From Malacoraja senta (lineage: Eukaryota), in NCBI GenBank assembly GCA_038087875.1, contig JAXLNO010000177.1, forward strand, positions 62,001 through 126,000: a stretch of 64,000 bases of DNA, written 5' to 3'. Numbering within the stretch: the first letter of the stretch is position 1; each line of letters opens with the position of its first letter. Shown here one piece after another: positions 48,801 to 62,976 of the stretch. The notes beneath the pieces are model-generated. The model was not told where the DNA came from and did not search any database. It saw nothing but the letters and a program-made list of their open reading frames with translations. A program made the translations under genes and the position numbers.

Positions 48801-51371
48801 GAGTAATTCAGCGGGTCAGGCAGCATCTCTGGAGAAATGGATAGGTGATGTTTCAGGTCAGGACCCTTCTTTGGACTGAGCTACTCCAGCACGTTGTGTC
48901 TATCTCTGGTGTAAACCAGCATCTGACGTTCCTCCTTATTACAGGCACAAAGTGCTGGAATTATTCAGTGGGTCAGGCAGCATCCCAAAAGAAAATGGAT
49001 AGGTGACGTTTTGGGTCGGGACCCTTCGTCACCTTATGAACTTTTTTCCAGAGATGCTGCTTGACTTACTGAGTTAATCCAGCACTTTGTGTCATACCTT
49101 TGTTATAAGCCAGCATCTGCAGTTCTTTGTTTCTACATTTTTATTCCATATTGGGTGAGGGACATTCTTATTCTGTACCACGGTGACAAATGAACGTTTG
49201 TGTCAATCGACCCTAGTGATGAGGTCACCATAAACAACAATGAAGGAATGGACGAGACAGACTGTTGGCGAGGCAGCCATTGCTGGTGCCACCCGGTGGA
49301 TATTATATGTATAATAGTACATTGTAGATGAATGCAATGAAACCATACATAAGTACAACAGACTGATCGAACAGAAATTACCAGTGTGCAGAATATGGGG
49401 GGTTTTCAGCAAGGTGGCGTAATAGTTCCAGAGAACTGTCTAATCTATTGAGGTATGTTGAGAGGATCAGTACTATAACTTAGATAGACACAAAATGCTG
49501 GAGAAACTCAGTGGGACAGGCAGTATATCTGGAGAAAAGGAATGGTGACGTTTCTGGTCGGGACCCTTCCTCAGTACGAGACCCCAGTTTGGGGAAGAAC
49601 TGTTTTAGCAATTGGTGTACAGTTATAAGAGAGAACCATAGTACATATCCAGAATTGACTTTTATTCAATACACTGATAAAAGTCAGAAGTTGTTATCTT
49701 TGCGACCCTGTGAAACTTCCTCGATTATTTCCTAAAGCTCCTTTCTATCAATGCCCTTGTCATTTTATTCCTGTTTCCGGAGGACACTTCAAGTTACATT
49801 CGAAGATTCCTCTTAAAACCAGGTTCAAAGCCGTGACATCATATAAATAACCGACTGTGTTCCCCTATCTTTGACGAAAAAATAATAAAAAGGCGCACCC
49901 TTCACAAATTAATCTCCTCCCGACTTGTTTGTTTTGTTGACGAGAGCGAGCGATTCCGAAATCTCTCGGCAAGCGCGTTGTGTATCTTATCGGGCATCCG
50001 GATGGCATTATCCGTGCAGTCTGACAATTCATAGTTATTTGCCACTTAAAAAACCAATTCAATCAGTGCAGGGGCAGCAGTAACAAGGGCTCACTGTGTG
50101 GGTTTAAACTAAATAGTGGGGGAGGGGGGGTTGACAAATTGGGAGTATAAAGATAGAGTTGAAGGGGAAGTGAGTACAGGAAAAATTACAAAAGATTCTC
50201 GAATTAATGGGAAGGAAAGTTCGAGAAGGGATAAAAGAGTAAGGTCAGGGCTAATTGTGAGCGGTGCGAGGGGGGACGTGAATACGGAGGTCAAAGTGTT
50301 GTATATGAATGCGCGAAGTATAAGAAATAAAGTGAAAGAGCTTGAGGCTCAGTTAGAAATTGGCAAGTATGATGTTGTGGGAATTACAGAGCCATGGCTG
50401 CAAGAGGGCCAGGGCTGGGAACTGAATATTCAAGGGTATACCTCCTATCGAAAAGACAGACAGGTGGGCAGAGGGGTGTGGTAGCTCTGTTGGTGAGGAA
50501 TGAAATTCAGCCCCTTGCAAGGGGTGACATTGAAACAGGAGATGTGGATTCAGTATGGATAGAACTAAGGAATTGTAAGGGTAAAAAGACCCTAGTGGGA
50601 CTTATCTACAGGCCCCCAAACAGTAGCCTGGACATAGGGTGCACGTTGAATCAGGAGTTAAAATTGGCATGTAGCAAAGGTAATGCTGTGGTTGTTATGG
50701 GAGATCTCAACATGCGAGAAGACTGGGAAAATCAGGTTGGTACTGGACCCCAAGAAAGGGACTTTGTAGTGTGCCTTCGTGATGGATTCTTAGAACAGCT
50801 TGTATTGGAGCCGATCAGGGAGAAGGCAATTCTGGATTTAGTGTTATGTAATGAACCGGATTTGATAAAGGAACTTGAGGTTAATGAGCCATTAGGAGGT
50901 AGTGACCATAATATGGTCAGGTTTAATCTACAATTGGAGAGGGAGAAGGGTAGATCGGAGGTGTCAGTGTTACAGTTGAATAAAGGGGAGAATGGGGCCA
51001 TGAGGGAGGAGCTGGCCAAAGTTGACTGGAAAGATACCCTCGCATGGATGACAGTGGAACAACAATGGCAGCTGTTTCTAGGAATAATACAGAAGGTGCA
51101 GGATCAGTTCATTCCTAGGAGAAAGAAAGATTCCAAGGGGAGGTTGGGGCGGTCGTGGCTGACAAGGGGCGTCAGGGACAGTATAAAAAAAAAGAGAAGT
51201 ACAACGTAGCAAAGATGAGTGGGAAGCAAGAGGATTGGGTAATGTTTAAAGAGCAACAGAAGATAACTAATAAAACAATACGGCGAGAAAAGATGAGGTA
51301 AGCTAGCCAAGAATACAAAGGAGGATAGTAAAAGCTTCTTTAGGTATGTGAAGAGGAAAAAATGAGTTAAG

Positions 51372-53058
51372 TAAGTAAGTGAGTAAATTTTATAGCACAT
51401 TTAAATCCTCTCGTTGAAACCAAAGTGCTTTACATAGAAGAAATTAAATGGGACATCTTTATAGAAAATGCACTTTTCTTTCATTTCACGAGTTACAACA
51501 GATCTACACTCAATACACTCAAATAATTTTTTCAGATATCTACAACTTAGAAATTATGTTAAATCCAATACACAAAATTATAGGACTAGGGAACCAGAAA
51601 TCCTTGACAAATGTTTGAATAAACATCCTAAAACATAAAAATTAATAACATATTTATAACACCCTCTTAGATAATGAGGTCCCATCGATGGAATCATACA
51701 GACACACATGGGAAAATGAATTAGGCCAACCTATAACAAAAGATATTTGGGACGAAAGTCTACAATATATACATCAATGCTCGTTAAATGCCAGACATGC
51801 TTTAATACAATTTAAAGTATTACACAAATTACATCATTCTAAAGCAAAACGAATTGGAATTTTCCCACATATCTCTCCTATTTGTGATAAATGTCAGCAT
51901 CTAGAGGCTAACTTAACACATACTTTTGCAAATTGTATATCAATTAAACATTTCTGTATTGATATTTTTAGAATAATTTCTGAAGTTGTCAATACTAAAT
52001 TGGATCCCGATTCAAAACTAATAATACTTGGAATATCAAAACAAAGTCTAACACTCACAACAAGCCAAAGAAACTTCCTAGACTACAGTATAATAACTGG
52101 GAAAAAATTAATATTAAAATTTTGGAAAGGTCCTATAACCCCCACAATTAAGGAAATGTCGGAGACCCTACACCTGGAAAGAATCAGACTTGTCTTAATG
52201 GACAAACAATAACTTTTTGTTAGCATATGGTCTCCATTCATTGACTATTTGAAGGGGTAGATCGGTTCGGCACGGGAACCTAACTGAAGCTTGAAATTAA
52301 GATTAGATGAAAAGTTATACTTTATAACCTACGAACCTATCTCCAATGATGTATTATTAGTAAATTATTCCACTTTTATTTTTTATCTTGACATTTGTTT
52401 TTTTCTTTTTTTTCTCTTTCTTTCTCACTTTCTATCTATAAAAATAACTAGAAGCAGAATCAATCCACAATTGATAATATTAATAATGTATGATTGATAA
52501 ACATGAAATGTTTTTACCACAATATGTCTTTGCTTCTAATACAAATATTATAAAAAAAATTTAAAAGTCCACAGGCCGCGCTGGTCGGAGCTCCGACACT
52601 GGCGATCTCGGCGAGAGATCGCAGACTCCGCGGTGTTTGGAAGTCAGCGCTGCCCGCGGCTGGACGCTCCGCGACCACAGCTCCGCGATGTTGGAATCGG
52701 CGGTCTCAGCACTCTGGAGCTTACCACACGGCGATCCTCGGTAAAGCATCGCCCGCTCCGTGATGGTGCTTCAGCGCTGTGCAGCCGCTGAAGCTGGGGT
52801 TCTGGCCGGTCCCGGCAGGAAACGCCGCTCCAGTCCCGATGGTAGGCCGTGCGGAAGGGGAGAAGATGCGACTCGGAGGAAAGTCGCCTCTCCGACCAGG
52901 TATGGGACAAGAAATACAGTTTTCCCCCTTCCCCTCCCCCCACCCCCCACATAAAAGAGCTAGAAAACCTCCAAACTAGTTTTTAAACAAACTGAAAATA
53001 AGGGCGAAAGGACGGACTGCAGGCAGAGCAGCCATACACAACGGCGCCCCACTCCTGC
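51372..53058 (-). mobile_element. Non-autonomous retroelement with an L2-like tail inserted in the CR1
   Basis: TSD AGTTAAG (51365-51371 and 53059-53065). The minus-strand tail reads TGTAAAGCACTTTG...AAATGTGCTATAAAAT...(CTTA)n, with a GC-rich head at 52565-53058. Confidence 0.7.
51460..52560 (+). mobile_element. L1-clade LINE 3' fragment nested inside the previous element
   Basis: FFRYLQLR...WENELG...LIQFKVLHKLH...CDKC...HTFANC (ORF2 C-terminal zinc finger), then a T-rich UTR and an A-tail. Confidence 0.85.
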
Positions 53059-56000
53059 AGTTAAGACCAAAGTTGGACCCTTGAAGACCGAAAAAGGTGA
53101 ATTTATTATGGGGAACAAGGAAATGGCAGATGAGTTGAACGGGTACTTTGGGTCCGTCTTCACTAAGGAGGACACAAACAATCTTCCTGATATAGTAGTG
53201 GCCAGAGGGTCTGGAGTGACAGAGGAACTGAAGGCAGGAAATGGTGTTGGGTAGACTGATGGGTCTGAAGGCTGATAAATCCCCAGGGCCTGATGGTCTG
53301 CATCCCAGGGTACTTAAGGAAGTGCCTGTCGAAATTGTGGATGCATTGGTGGTAATTTTCCAATGTTCTATAGACTCAGGATCAGTTCCTGTGGATGGGA
53401 GGGTAGCTAATGTTATCCCACTTTTTAAGAAAGACGGGAGAGAGAAATCAGGGAATTATAGACCAGTTAGCCTGACATCGGTGGTGGGGAAGATGCTGGA
53501 GCCATCAAAGATGAAATAGCCGCACATTTGGATAGCAGTAACAGGATCGGTCCGAGTCAGCATGGATTTACGAAGGGGAAATCATGCTCGACTAATCTAC
53601 TGGAATTTTATGAGGATGTAACTAGGAAAATGGACAAGGGAGAGTCAGTGGATGTAGTGTACCTGGACTTTCAGAAAGCATTTGATAAGGTCCCACAAAG
53701 GAGATTAGTGGGCAAAATTAGGGCACATGGTATTAGGGGTAGAGTGCTGATGGATAGAAAATTGGTTGGCAGACAGGTAACAAAAAGTAGGGATTAACAG
53801 GTCCCTTTCAGAATGGCAGGCAGTGACTAGTGGGGTACCGCAAGGCTCGGTGCTGGGACTGCAGCTATTTACAATATACATCAATGATTTGGATGAAGGG
53901 ATTCAAAGTAACATTAGCAAATTTGCAGATGACACAAAGCTGGGTAGCAGTGTGAACTGTGAGGAGGATGCTATGACAATGTAGGGTGACTTGGACAGGT
54001 TGGGGGAGTGGGCAGATGCATGGCAGATGAAGTTTAATGTGGATAAATGTGAGGTTATCCACTTTGGTATAAAAAACAGGAAGGCAGATTACTATCTAAA
54101 TGGTGTCAAGTTGGGAAAAGGGGAAGTACAACGGGATCTGGGGGTCCTTGTTCATCAGTCTATGAAAGTAAGCATGCAGGTACAGTAGGCAGTGAAGAAT
54201 GTGAATGGCATGTTGGCCTTTATAACAAGAGGAGTTGAGTTTCGGAGCAAAGAGGTCTTTCTGCAGTTGTACAGGGCCCTAGTGAGACTACACCTGGAGT
54301 ATTGTGTGCAGTTTTGGTCCCCTAATTTGAGGAAGGACATTCTTGCTATTGAGGGAGTGCAACGTAGGTTTACAAAGTTAATTCCCGGGATGGTGGGACT
54401 GTCATATGCTGAGAGAATGGAGCGGCTGGGTTTGTACACTCTGGAGTTTAGGATGAGTTTAGAAGGATGAGAGGGAATCTTATTGAAACATATAAGATTG
54501 TTAAGGGTATGGACATGCTAGAGGCAGGAAACATGTCCCCAATGTTGGTGGAGTCCAGAACCAGGGGCCACAGTTTAAGAATAAGGGGTAAGCCATTTAG
54601 AATGGAGATGAGGAAACACTTTTTCTCACAGAGAGTTGTGAGTCTGTGGAATTCTCTGCCTCAGTGGGCGGTGGAGGCCGGTTCTCTGGATACTTTCAAG
54701 AGATGGCTAGACAGGGCTCTTAAAGATAGCAGAGTCAGGGGATATCGGGAGAAGGTAGGAACGGGGTACTGATTTTTGGATTGGGGATCAGAGAAAAGAC
54801 TTTGCCTTCCATCACAGTGAGGAGATTCACTGTGATGGATGTTTTTCTGTAAATTGAATTGTTTGTGTGTCGTGTAGGAATTGTTTTGTTTGTATGGCTG
54901 TGGAAACGGAATTTCGTTTGAGCCTCTTTGAGGTTCAAATGACAATAAAATCAATCAATCAGCCATGATCACATTGAATGCCAGTGCCGGCTCGGTGCCG
55001 AATGGCCTACTCCTGCACGTATTGTCTATTGCCATCTCTGGGGAAAAGCAATACATGACATTTTGGGTTGAGACCATTCTTCTGACTCATTTCTCATTTA
55101 CAGTGTTGCCTGCAGTTCTGGTTGTCCCATTCCAAGAAGGATTTGGAGGCTTTGGAAAGGGTGCAGAGGCGGTTACCAGAATAATGAATTATGTGCAGGT
55201 AGATAAGGATATGTCTTGGCATCATGTTCGGCACAGACGGTGGGCTGAAGAGCCAGGTCCTGTGCTGTAGTGTTCTTTGTTCTATGTAATCAATGTTTTG
55301 CCAGCAAAACCATATATTTAATAACTTAGTGGTACAATAATTAAAAGACTGAAATAAAGTGCAATGCCCAAAACTTGCTTGAAACTTATCTGTACCAAGA
55401 TTACATCCATTGTGGAGAGTCAAGTTCCAACTGAATACCAGTTAGTTAGTTTAGTTTATTGTCATGTGTAAAGCTTTTGTTGCGTGCAAACTCGTCAGCG
55501 GAAAGGCAATGCATGATTACAATCGAGCCATCCACAGTGTACAGATGTTAAAGGGAATAATGTGATTAAAGATAGTCCAAGAATCTCCAATGAGGTAGAT
55601 GGTATCTCAGGGCTGCTCTCTAATTGTTGGTAGGATGGTTTAGTTGCTTGATAACAGCTGGGAAGAAACTGTCTCTCAATCTGGAGGTGTGTGTTTACAA
55701 ACTTCAATACCTCTTGCCTGATGGGAGAGGGGCGGAGTGGCTGGGGTGCGACATCCTTAATGCTGGTGGCCAGCATACTTGTGCTCCCATAGAGGTGCAG
55801 CGGGTCAAGGTGCAGCTAAATACCCTTGGTAGCCACTATGGTAGAGACATATTGGCAGTGACTTTATGGCAGTAAACAAGTAACACAATTTCAGGCCATC
55901 TCTTGGTCACGATTTTCACTCAAATATAAATACAGGTGATAAAACAGTCAAAACAAATTGTAAATTTTAATACAAACTTTGTCAAACAAAATAATTTCCA

Positions 56001-56269
56001 AAAGTGCAGTTCTAAATTGTACCCTAATGGCAACATAACTAAGATGAGAGTAATAGATACATTATATTATAATGTATTCAGTGTTTCCCTCAAATTTGCA
56101 GCACCACTTTAAATGTACAAATGCATTTCCGAACAAAAATATAATCTCTCAATATAATCTCTGTCTGACATCCTAATTCCCAAGGAGCAGAGTTAAATAA
56201 CATTGCTTAACACCTCAAAAATATACCTAATTTTGCATTTAGAACTTTTACATAACTGTTTTATATAAT

Positions 56270-57636
56270 ACATAGGGCTCATGTTGTCGACCTCCCCGTG
56301 GTGAACCCTGTTAACTGAGCTCAGTCGCCGCAGCTCGGCGCCAACCAGGAGCATGCGCCCTTTTTAGTGCGGGCATCTACAGATGTCGAACCGGATGGCA
56401 TCACCCTGCTGCAGCTGAATGCGGAAAACCTCACCAAGGCCAAGACCACCATCATTGAACATCTGCTACAAACCCACAAAATCATTGCAATCCTGCTCCA
56501 AGAGACTGACAAATGCCACCTTCTACCAGGCTCCACAAAGACTCTGTCCCCGCCTTTGGTTCGCCCTGCATCTACGCCGGAGACTTTAACTGCCATAGCA
56601 CCACCTGGGGCTACCGTTCAACTAACTCAGATGACTCATCTAACTGGGTCTCAGCTACTGCCGTTCAACTCCTGTACGACCCAAAACAACCGGACAGCTT
56701 CCACTGGCAGGTGGAACACCACTACCAACCCTGACTTGGCTTTTGCAAACCTGAATGGACCAACCTCACACCATATCATCCTGGATCACTTCCCGAAATC
56801 ACAACATCGCCCATCTCTGATTATCCCGGACAACCCCATCGAGCTGGTCCCAACCAATCAGGACAAAGCTTACTCCGCCTTCTGCAAATTCCTCATCAGG
56901 GCAGCGAAGAGTTCCATTCCTCGTGGCTATCATTGCCGGTACATCCCCACATGGGACGAAGAGTGTGACGCATGCTACGACGCATTCCTGGACATTGAAC
57001 CTGGCGAAGAGGCTGCCTCCAAGGCTACGGAACTGACAACCTGACTCGACCAAGACGGGCAGAGAGCGGTGGGAAGAGACAGTCCAAGGAATCGACCACA
57101 CACTCCAGTAGAGTGGCTTGGAAGACCTTCAATCGCCTCACTGGTCGAAGTACCCGCCCAAAGCATTGCCCTGTCAAGGCCAACTCCATCGCCCACCAGC
57201 TCCTGGCCAACGGCCACTTCAAAGATGCAGAGAAGATTCATACTCGTTCTGTCAAACAGTAAACCACTAATCTTTGGCAAGCTCCAGGCGCTGATGGGCT
57301 CCTGTCAGCACCCTTTTCCTCTGCAAAACTCTCTCCTGTCATCACTCAATTGAAATGCGGAAAAGCCCAGAATTCCTGAAACACTGCGGTCCTAAATGCC
57401 AGGTCTGGCTCCATGAGTTCTACTCCACTTGCTTCATTGGTCAGTCCATTCCGAAGATCTGGTGGAAAGCCACCGTCATTGCGCTACCAAAATCAAACAA
57501 GCCTGTGGACGGCCCAAGGAACTATCGGCCCATCTCACTCCTCTGTGTCCTGTACAAGTTCCTCGAACAGCTTCTCCTGGCCTGGCTCGATTCAATCGTC
57601 GACCCCCAACTACCGGCTGAACAAGCCGGATTTCAT
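56270..57636 (+). mobile_element. Vingi/Ingi-like LINE copy A (internally deleted, 3'-truncated)
   Basis: LLQLNAE...ILLQET, YAGDFNCHSTTWGY, GRWNTTTNPDLAF, PKSQHRP, IPRG, YRPISLL, EQAGF. Confidence 0.75.
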
Positions 57637-57674
57637 AGTGTATAAACGTATGTAACTGTTTTATATAACACATA

Positions 57675-60575
57675 GGACTCATGTTGTCGACCTCCCCGTG
57701 GTGAGCCCTGTCAACTGACCTCAGTCAGGCAAACAACAACAAACAGAGACAGCAGCAGAAATAACAACGAACAACAACAGCTTGCAGCCCTAATGCAACC
57801 TCAGTCGCCGCAGCTCGGCGCCAACTAGGAGCGTGCCCCCTTTTTAGGGCGGGCACCTACAGATGTCGAACCGGATGGCATCACCCTGCTGCAGCTGAAT
57901 GCGGAAGACCTCACCAAGGCCAAGACCACCATCACTGAACATCTGCTACAGACCCACAAAGTCATTCCAATCCTGCTCCAAGAGACTGACAAAAGTGATC
58001 GCTCCCATCTGAAGATCCCTGGTTGTACCCTGGCCGCCTACACCGAGAGCGACACCCATGGGATTGCCACTTTTGTAAGGAACAAAGAAAAATGGAAAGC
58101 GATTGCAGTGTCACCTCTTGACTCTGACGAGGAATGGGCAGCAACGCAAGTCGAAGGTGTCACGGTCATCAATGTATACAAGCCACCTTCTACCAGGCTC
58201 CACAAAGACTCAATCCCCAACTTTGGTTCACCCTGCATCTACGCCGGAGACTTTAACTGCCACAGCACCACCTGGGGCTACCGTTCAACTAACTCAGATG
58301 GAGCTGCACTAGAAGACTGGGCCTCAGCTACTGCCGTTCAACTCCTGTACGACCCTAAACAACTGGACAGCTTCCACTCTGGTAGGTGGAACACCACTAC
58401 CAACCCTGACTTGGCTTTTGCAAACCTGAATGGACGAACCTCACACCGTATCATCCTGGATCACTTCCCGAAATCGCAACATCGCCCATATCTGATTATC
58501 CCGGACAATCCCATCGAGCCGGTCCCAACCAACCCTGCGAAGAGGTGGAAATTCCGCAAGGCCAGGTGGGACCAGTTCACAAGTCTGGTGGACTTCTGGA
58601 TCGACAGCCTTCCCATCTTCACCTCCACCAATCAGGACAAAGCCTACTCAGCCTTTTGCAAACTCCTCATCAGGGCAGCGAAGAGTTCCATTCCTCGCGG
58701 CTATCATTGCCGGTACATCCCCACATTGTACGAAGAGTGTGACGCATGCTATGACGCATTCCTGGACGCTGAACCTGGCGAAGAGGCTGCCTCCAAGGCT
58801 ACGGAACTGACAACCTGCCTCGACCAAGAAGCGCAGATAGCGGTGGGAAGAGACAGTCCAAGGAATCGACTTCACACACTCCAGTAGGGTGGCTTGGAAG
58901 TCCTTCAATCGCCTCACCGGTCAAAGTACCCGGCCTAAGTCACGGTCAACTCCATCGCCCACCAGGTCCTGGCCAACGGCCACTTCAAAGACGCGGACAA
59001 GAATCATACTTGTTCTGTCAAACAGTAAACCACTAATCTTTGGAAAGCTCCAGGTGCTGAATGGCTCCTGTCAGCACCCTTTTCCTCTGCAGAACGCTCT
59101 CCTGTCATCACTCAATTGAAATGTGGAAAAGCCCAGGGTCCTGATAACATCCCCAGAATTCCTGAAACACTGCAGCCCTAAATGCCAGGTCTGGCTCCGT
59201 GAGTTCTACTCCTCTTGTCTCATTGGTCAGTTCATTCCGAAGATCTGGTGGAAAGCCACCGTCATTGCGTTACCAAAACCAAACAAGCGTGTGAACGACC
59301 CAAGGAACTATCGGCCCATCTCACTCCTCTGTGTCCCGTACAAGCTTTTGTACGGGACGCTGCACTACCCACCAAATAGTCAAGCTGACCAATGACATCG
59401 AAGACTGTTTAGAAAAGGTTGGCAAGTCGGGCGTCACACTGGTGGACCTCACCGCCTCCTACGATAGTGTGGCACCAGGGCCTGATCTTGAAGCTCCTCC
59501 ATTCATGACCGCCATTTAGTGCGGTTCCTTGCTAACATCCTGGCCAACTGCAGTTTTGTACTCAAGATCAGCGACGGACAATCTAGCCGACTGCAACGCC
59601 TAAGAAACGGAGTCCCTCAAGGCTCGGTACTGGCTCCCATGCTCTTCAATCTCTTTATCAGCGATCTGCCACGAACGAACTCGCGCCAGTATGTATACGG
59701 AGATGACCTGGCCCAAATGCATTCAGACAGGTGTTGGTCAAACGTGGAGGATGTGCTGTCAGTGGATATGGAACTTTTCGCGGGCTGCATTAAGACCTGG
59801 AGACTAAAACGTAGTGTGGCAAAAAACACCACAACGGCCTTTCACCTGAACAACAAGGAAGCTCAACGCCAGCTAACCGTCACCCTCAATGTGTCACCCC
59901 TACCCTATAACCCATTTCCTTCATACCTTGGGGTGAAACTAGATCAGCAGCTGACCTACAAGCAATTACTTGAAGCTAAAGTCTCGGCGCAGAACAACCT
60001 CCTGCATTACTTGGCTGGATCATCATGGGGCGCCTGGACATCTACACTCAGAACCAGTGCTCTTGCACTCGTGTACAGCGCTACTGAGTACACCACCCCA
60101 GCATGTTGCAGCAGCCCTCATACTAGCAAGCTAGACGCCATCCTCAACGACACCATGCGGATCATCACCGGCTGCCTACGTCCTACTCCGACTGATCATC
60201 TGCCGCAGGTATCGTACCCGCCAAGCTTCACAGAGAGTACTTCACCCACAGGCTGGTGTGCAAGGCCCCATCAGACACCAAGCATCCTTTGCACCACCTC
60301 GCTCAGAACTCACAGCAACTGGGACCTCAACGCCTGTCATCTCCTCGCCCCTTCCCCCGTCACTCAGCGACCCTCTGTGGCTCCGGTTTCAACACACTAG
60401 GAGCTTGGAGAACCAGCTGGGAACAGACTTCGCGACCTCCTCAATTCACTGTTGCACCGAACACCACAGCCCCACCCGGCTCGGACCTGCCCCGCAAAGA
60501 GTGGGTCGCCCTGAACCGGCTTCGTACAGGGGTCGGCCGGTTCAACACCAACATGCATCGCTGGGGGCTGTGTTC
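57675..60575 (+). mobile_element. Vingi/Ingi-like LINE copy B (near full length, decayed)
   Basis: Same endonuclease motifs plus VDLTASYD, NGVPQGSVLAP, YGDDL, LRTSALALVYSATEY, WVALNRLRTGVGR; no RNase H apparent. Confidence 0.8.
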
Positions 60576-62976
60576 ATACATTAAGAAATACAATATTCAT
60601 TTATACACCTGTGATCAGTGTTCACTCATTAACAGCTTTGATAAACACATTGGTGTCACTCCCATCTGTAGTGCGTCTACAAACGTCTCTCCAGGCACAT
60701 GAAAACAAGCAAATGTGGTGTCGCAAAGTATGCCAAGACCAAGTAGCGTGACCTGGTCCGGGAAGTCTTCATTTTCGAGCAGTAAAGAAGCGTTTGAAGA
60801 AATTCACTGGACTCTTCACCTGCAAAACAGAAACATAGGTCAATAGCTAATTAACATCAACCTAATACAGATGTCAGAGGTTATGGGGAGAAGGCAGGAG
60901 AATGGGGATACAAAGGAGAGATAGATCAGCCATGATTGAATCAAGGAGTTGACTTGATGGGCCAACGGCCTAATTCTTATCCTATCACTTATGAACCTCA
61001 ACTAATTAGTTCTTTCAGGATTAAACTAATTGGTAAAATACCAAGGTACAGATGTGAAGATTTGTATTTATTGATCATGTTACAAAGATCTGCATTATAA
61101 TGTACATATGGGTGGTAGCGGCTTCAATACTATGGTCCAAATGAATGCACTATTCTATGAGCAAACAAGCAATGTGGATTCCTTGGTGAACTATTGGACA
61201 GGAGATCTAGATTCTAAACAATCCTCTGTCGCAGTCAATCAGAAAGTAACAGTGCTTCCATGGTTAGTCTTGGATTCCTTGGTGATGGGTGAAGTATCCA
61301 TTCTTACACTATACAGCATGATGAAGGTGGGGAAAGATGAACCTTCATCAGCTGTTTTCTCTTGCTCTCTGTATTCCTAGAAAGGTGTTTTCTACATTTC
61401 AGATCTTCTTTTGGTTAAGATGAGATAACTAAATTTATTACATTTATTTCGAGATTTGGCTTACACCTTGGCTTGTATTCACTGCGCTCTTTCATCACGG
61501 AAACAGGGAGATTAGAGATATGCATTTGAAAACCGTTTTGCATGTGCGACATGAGCCAGGAGACTAATTCAAACACCTCGTGCCTCCCAGGAGAGGAGGA
61601 GTTGCTAGGTGAGGGGTGGGGGAACCACGTGAAGACCTCGAGGTTGGACAAAGAAACCAGGCCAGGTTTTCTGTGTGATCTGCCTGAATCACCCACTCCA
61701 AACCAATGTACTATCCTATTTATTAGTTAGTAACTACATGGAAGCAGGTTTTCCAGAGTTGCCCAGTTCACTGGGGTGGGGGTGTGGGGCAAGATACAGT
61801 GTAAGTCAGGAAATTATATTAAAACTAGAAAACGAAGAATTGATTGTCAATACACACCTTCCGTTCCACCACCACCTGTTCACTGAGGTCTCTCTTCAAA
61901 GCTTCCTCACATTCCTCGTCTGATTCCAATTGAATGGTGTGCTCCCTGGGCGCTGGTCTGACAGGAAGAGGTTCATGCCCGGAAAGAAAACAGCAGCATA
62001 AACGATAACACAGTAACCCCACCTCCTCAATGAAATGTCACACATATCAAGGGCTGGGTAGAACACACGGCTTTCAAGAAATCTTCTCCAAGGACTTTGA
62101 AGCAGCTGCTTTCTGCAGTCAGTGGATTTCTCGACAAGCGGTTTGATGGAGCAGAACAGGAAAGACCATTTCTTGAATTGGAGGAAGCAAGGGTATAGAA
62201 ACTAGCAAAAATGCCAGGGGAAGACGAGGAGAAATTATTTTTTATTCAGTAAATTATGACCTAGGTTATATTCCCTTAAAAGGTGGTAAAAAAGGCTCAA
62301 TAATAATATATATTTTTTTAACAATTCAAAGGCGCATGTCAAAGAGGAAAGGGGGGAGCATTAAGTGGCTAAATCGTTCAGTGCTACTACAAGCAGAATT
62401 CTCTAATTCCATCCACATTGTGTACACATGGTTCTTCAGATTCTTTCAAGTAACAGTGGGGGCAAAATTGCTGCCTTACAGCGCCAGAGACCCAGGTTCC
62501 ATCCTGACTGTAGGTGCTGTTTGTGTGGAGTTTGCATGTTCTCCCTGTGGCTGCGTAGGTTTCCTCCAGGTATTCTGGTTTCCTCCCACATCCACAAGAC
62601 GTGAGGGTTTGTAGGCTATTTGGCTTGGTTAAAATTGTAATTTGTCCCCAATGTGTAGGATTGCGCTAGTGTACGGGATGATTGCTGGTCGGCGCAGACT
62701 CAGTAGGACGAAGGGCCTGTTTCCACGCTGTATCTCTAAAGTCTGAAGCCTAAAGTAACTAACATGTGTCTTTTAACAACCTTGGAAGAATAAGATGTCA
62801 TTAGTGCGTCCAAAGACTAATGACATCTTATTTTTCCAAGGATGCCAAAAGTGATTGGTGAAATGGATGTGCCATTTTATTACCATGTTAGCAAACAAGC
62901 ACCTACATTCTACTCAGTAACTCAATTCAACTACAAACAATGCTTCCTCTGCAGAACCTCTCCTTAGTTCATCATC

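Larger units (their letters stand above)
50085..54772 (+). mobile_element. 5'-truncated CR1 LINE (ORF2 APE-RT), decayed, interrupted at 51372-53058; 3' UTR continues to ~55030
   Basis: LYMNARSIRNK, VGITEPWL, YRPP, GSDHN, KSPGPDGLHP, YLDFQKAFDKVP, GVPQGSVLG, KFADDTKL. Confidence 0.93.

Noticed and set aside
56340..56420. 2A ribosome-skipping peptide at the Vingi ORF start (STDVEPDG)
   Set aside because: It lacks the required D(V/I)ExNPGP ending in both copies.
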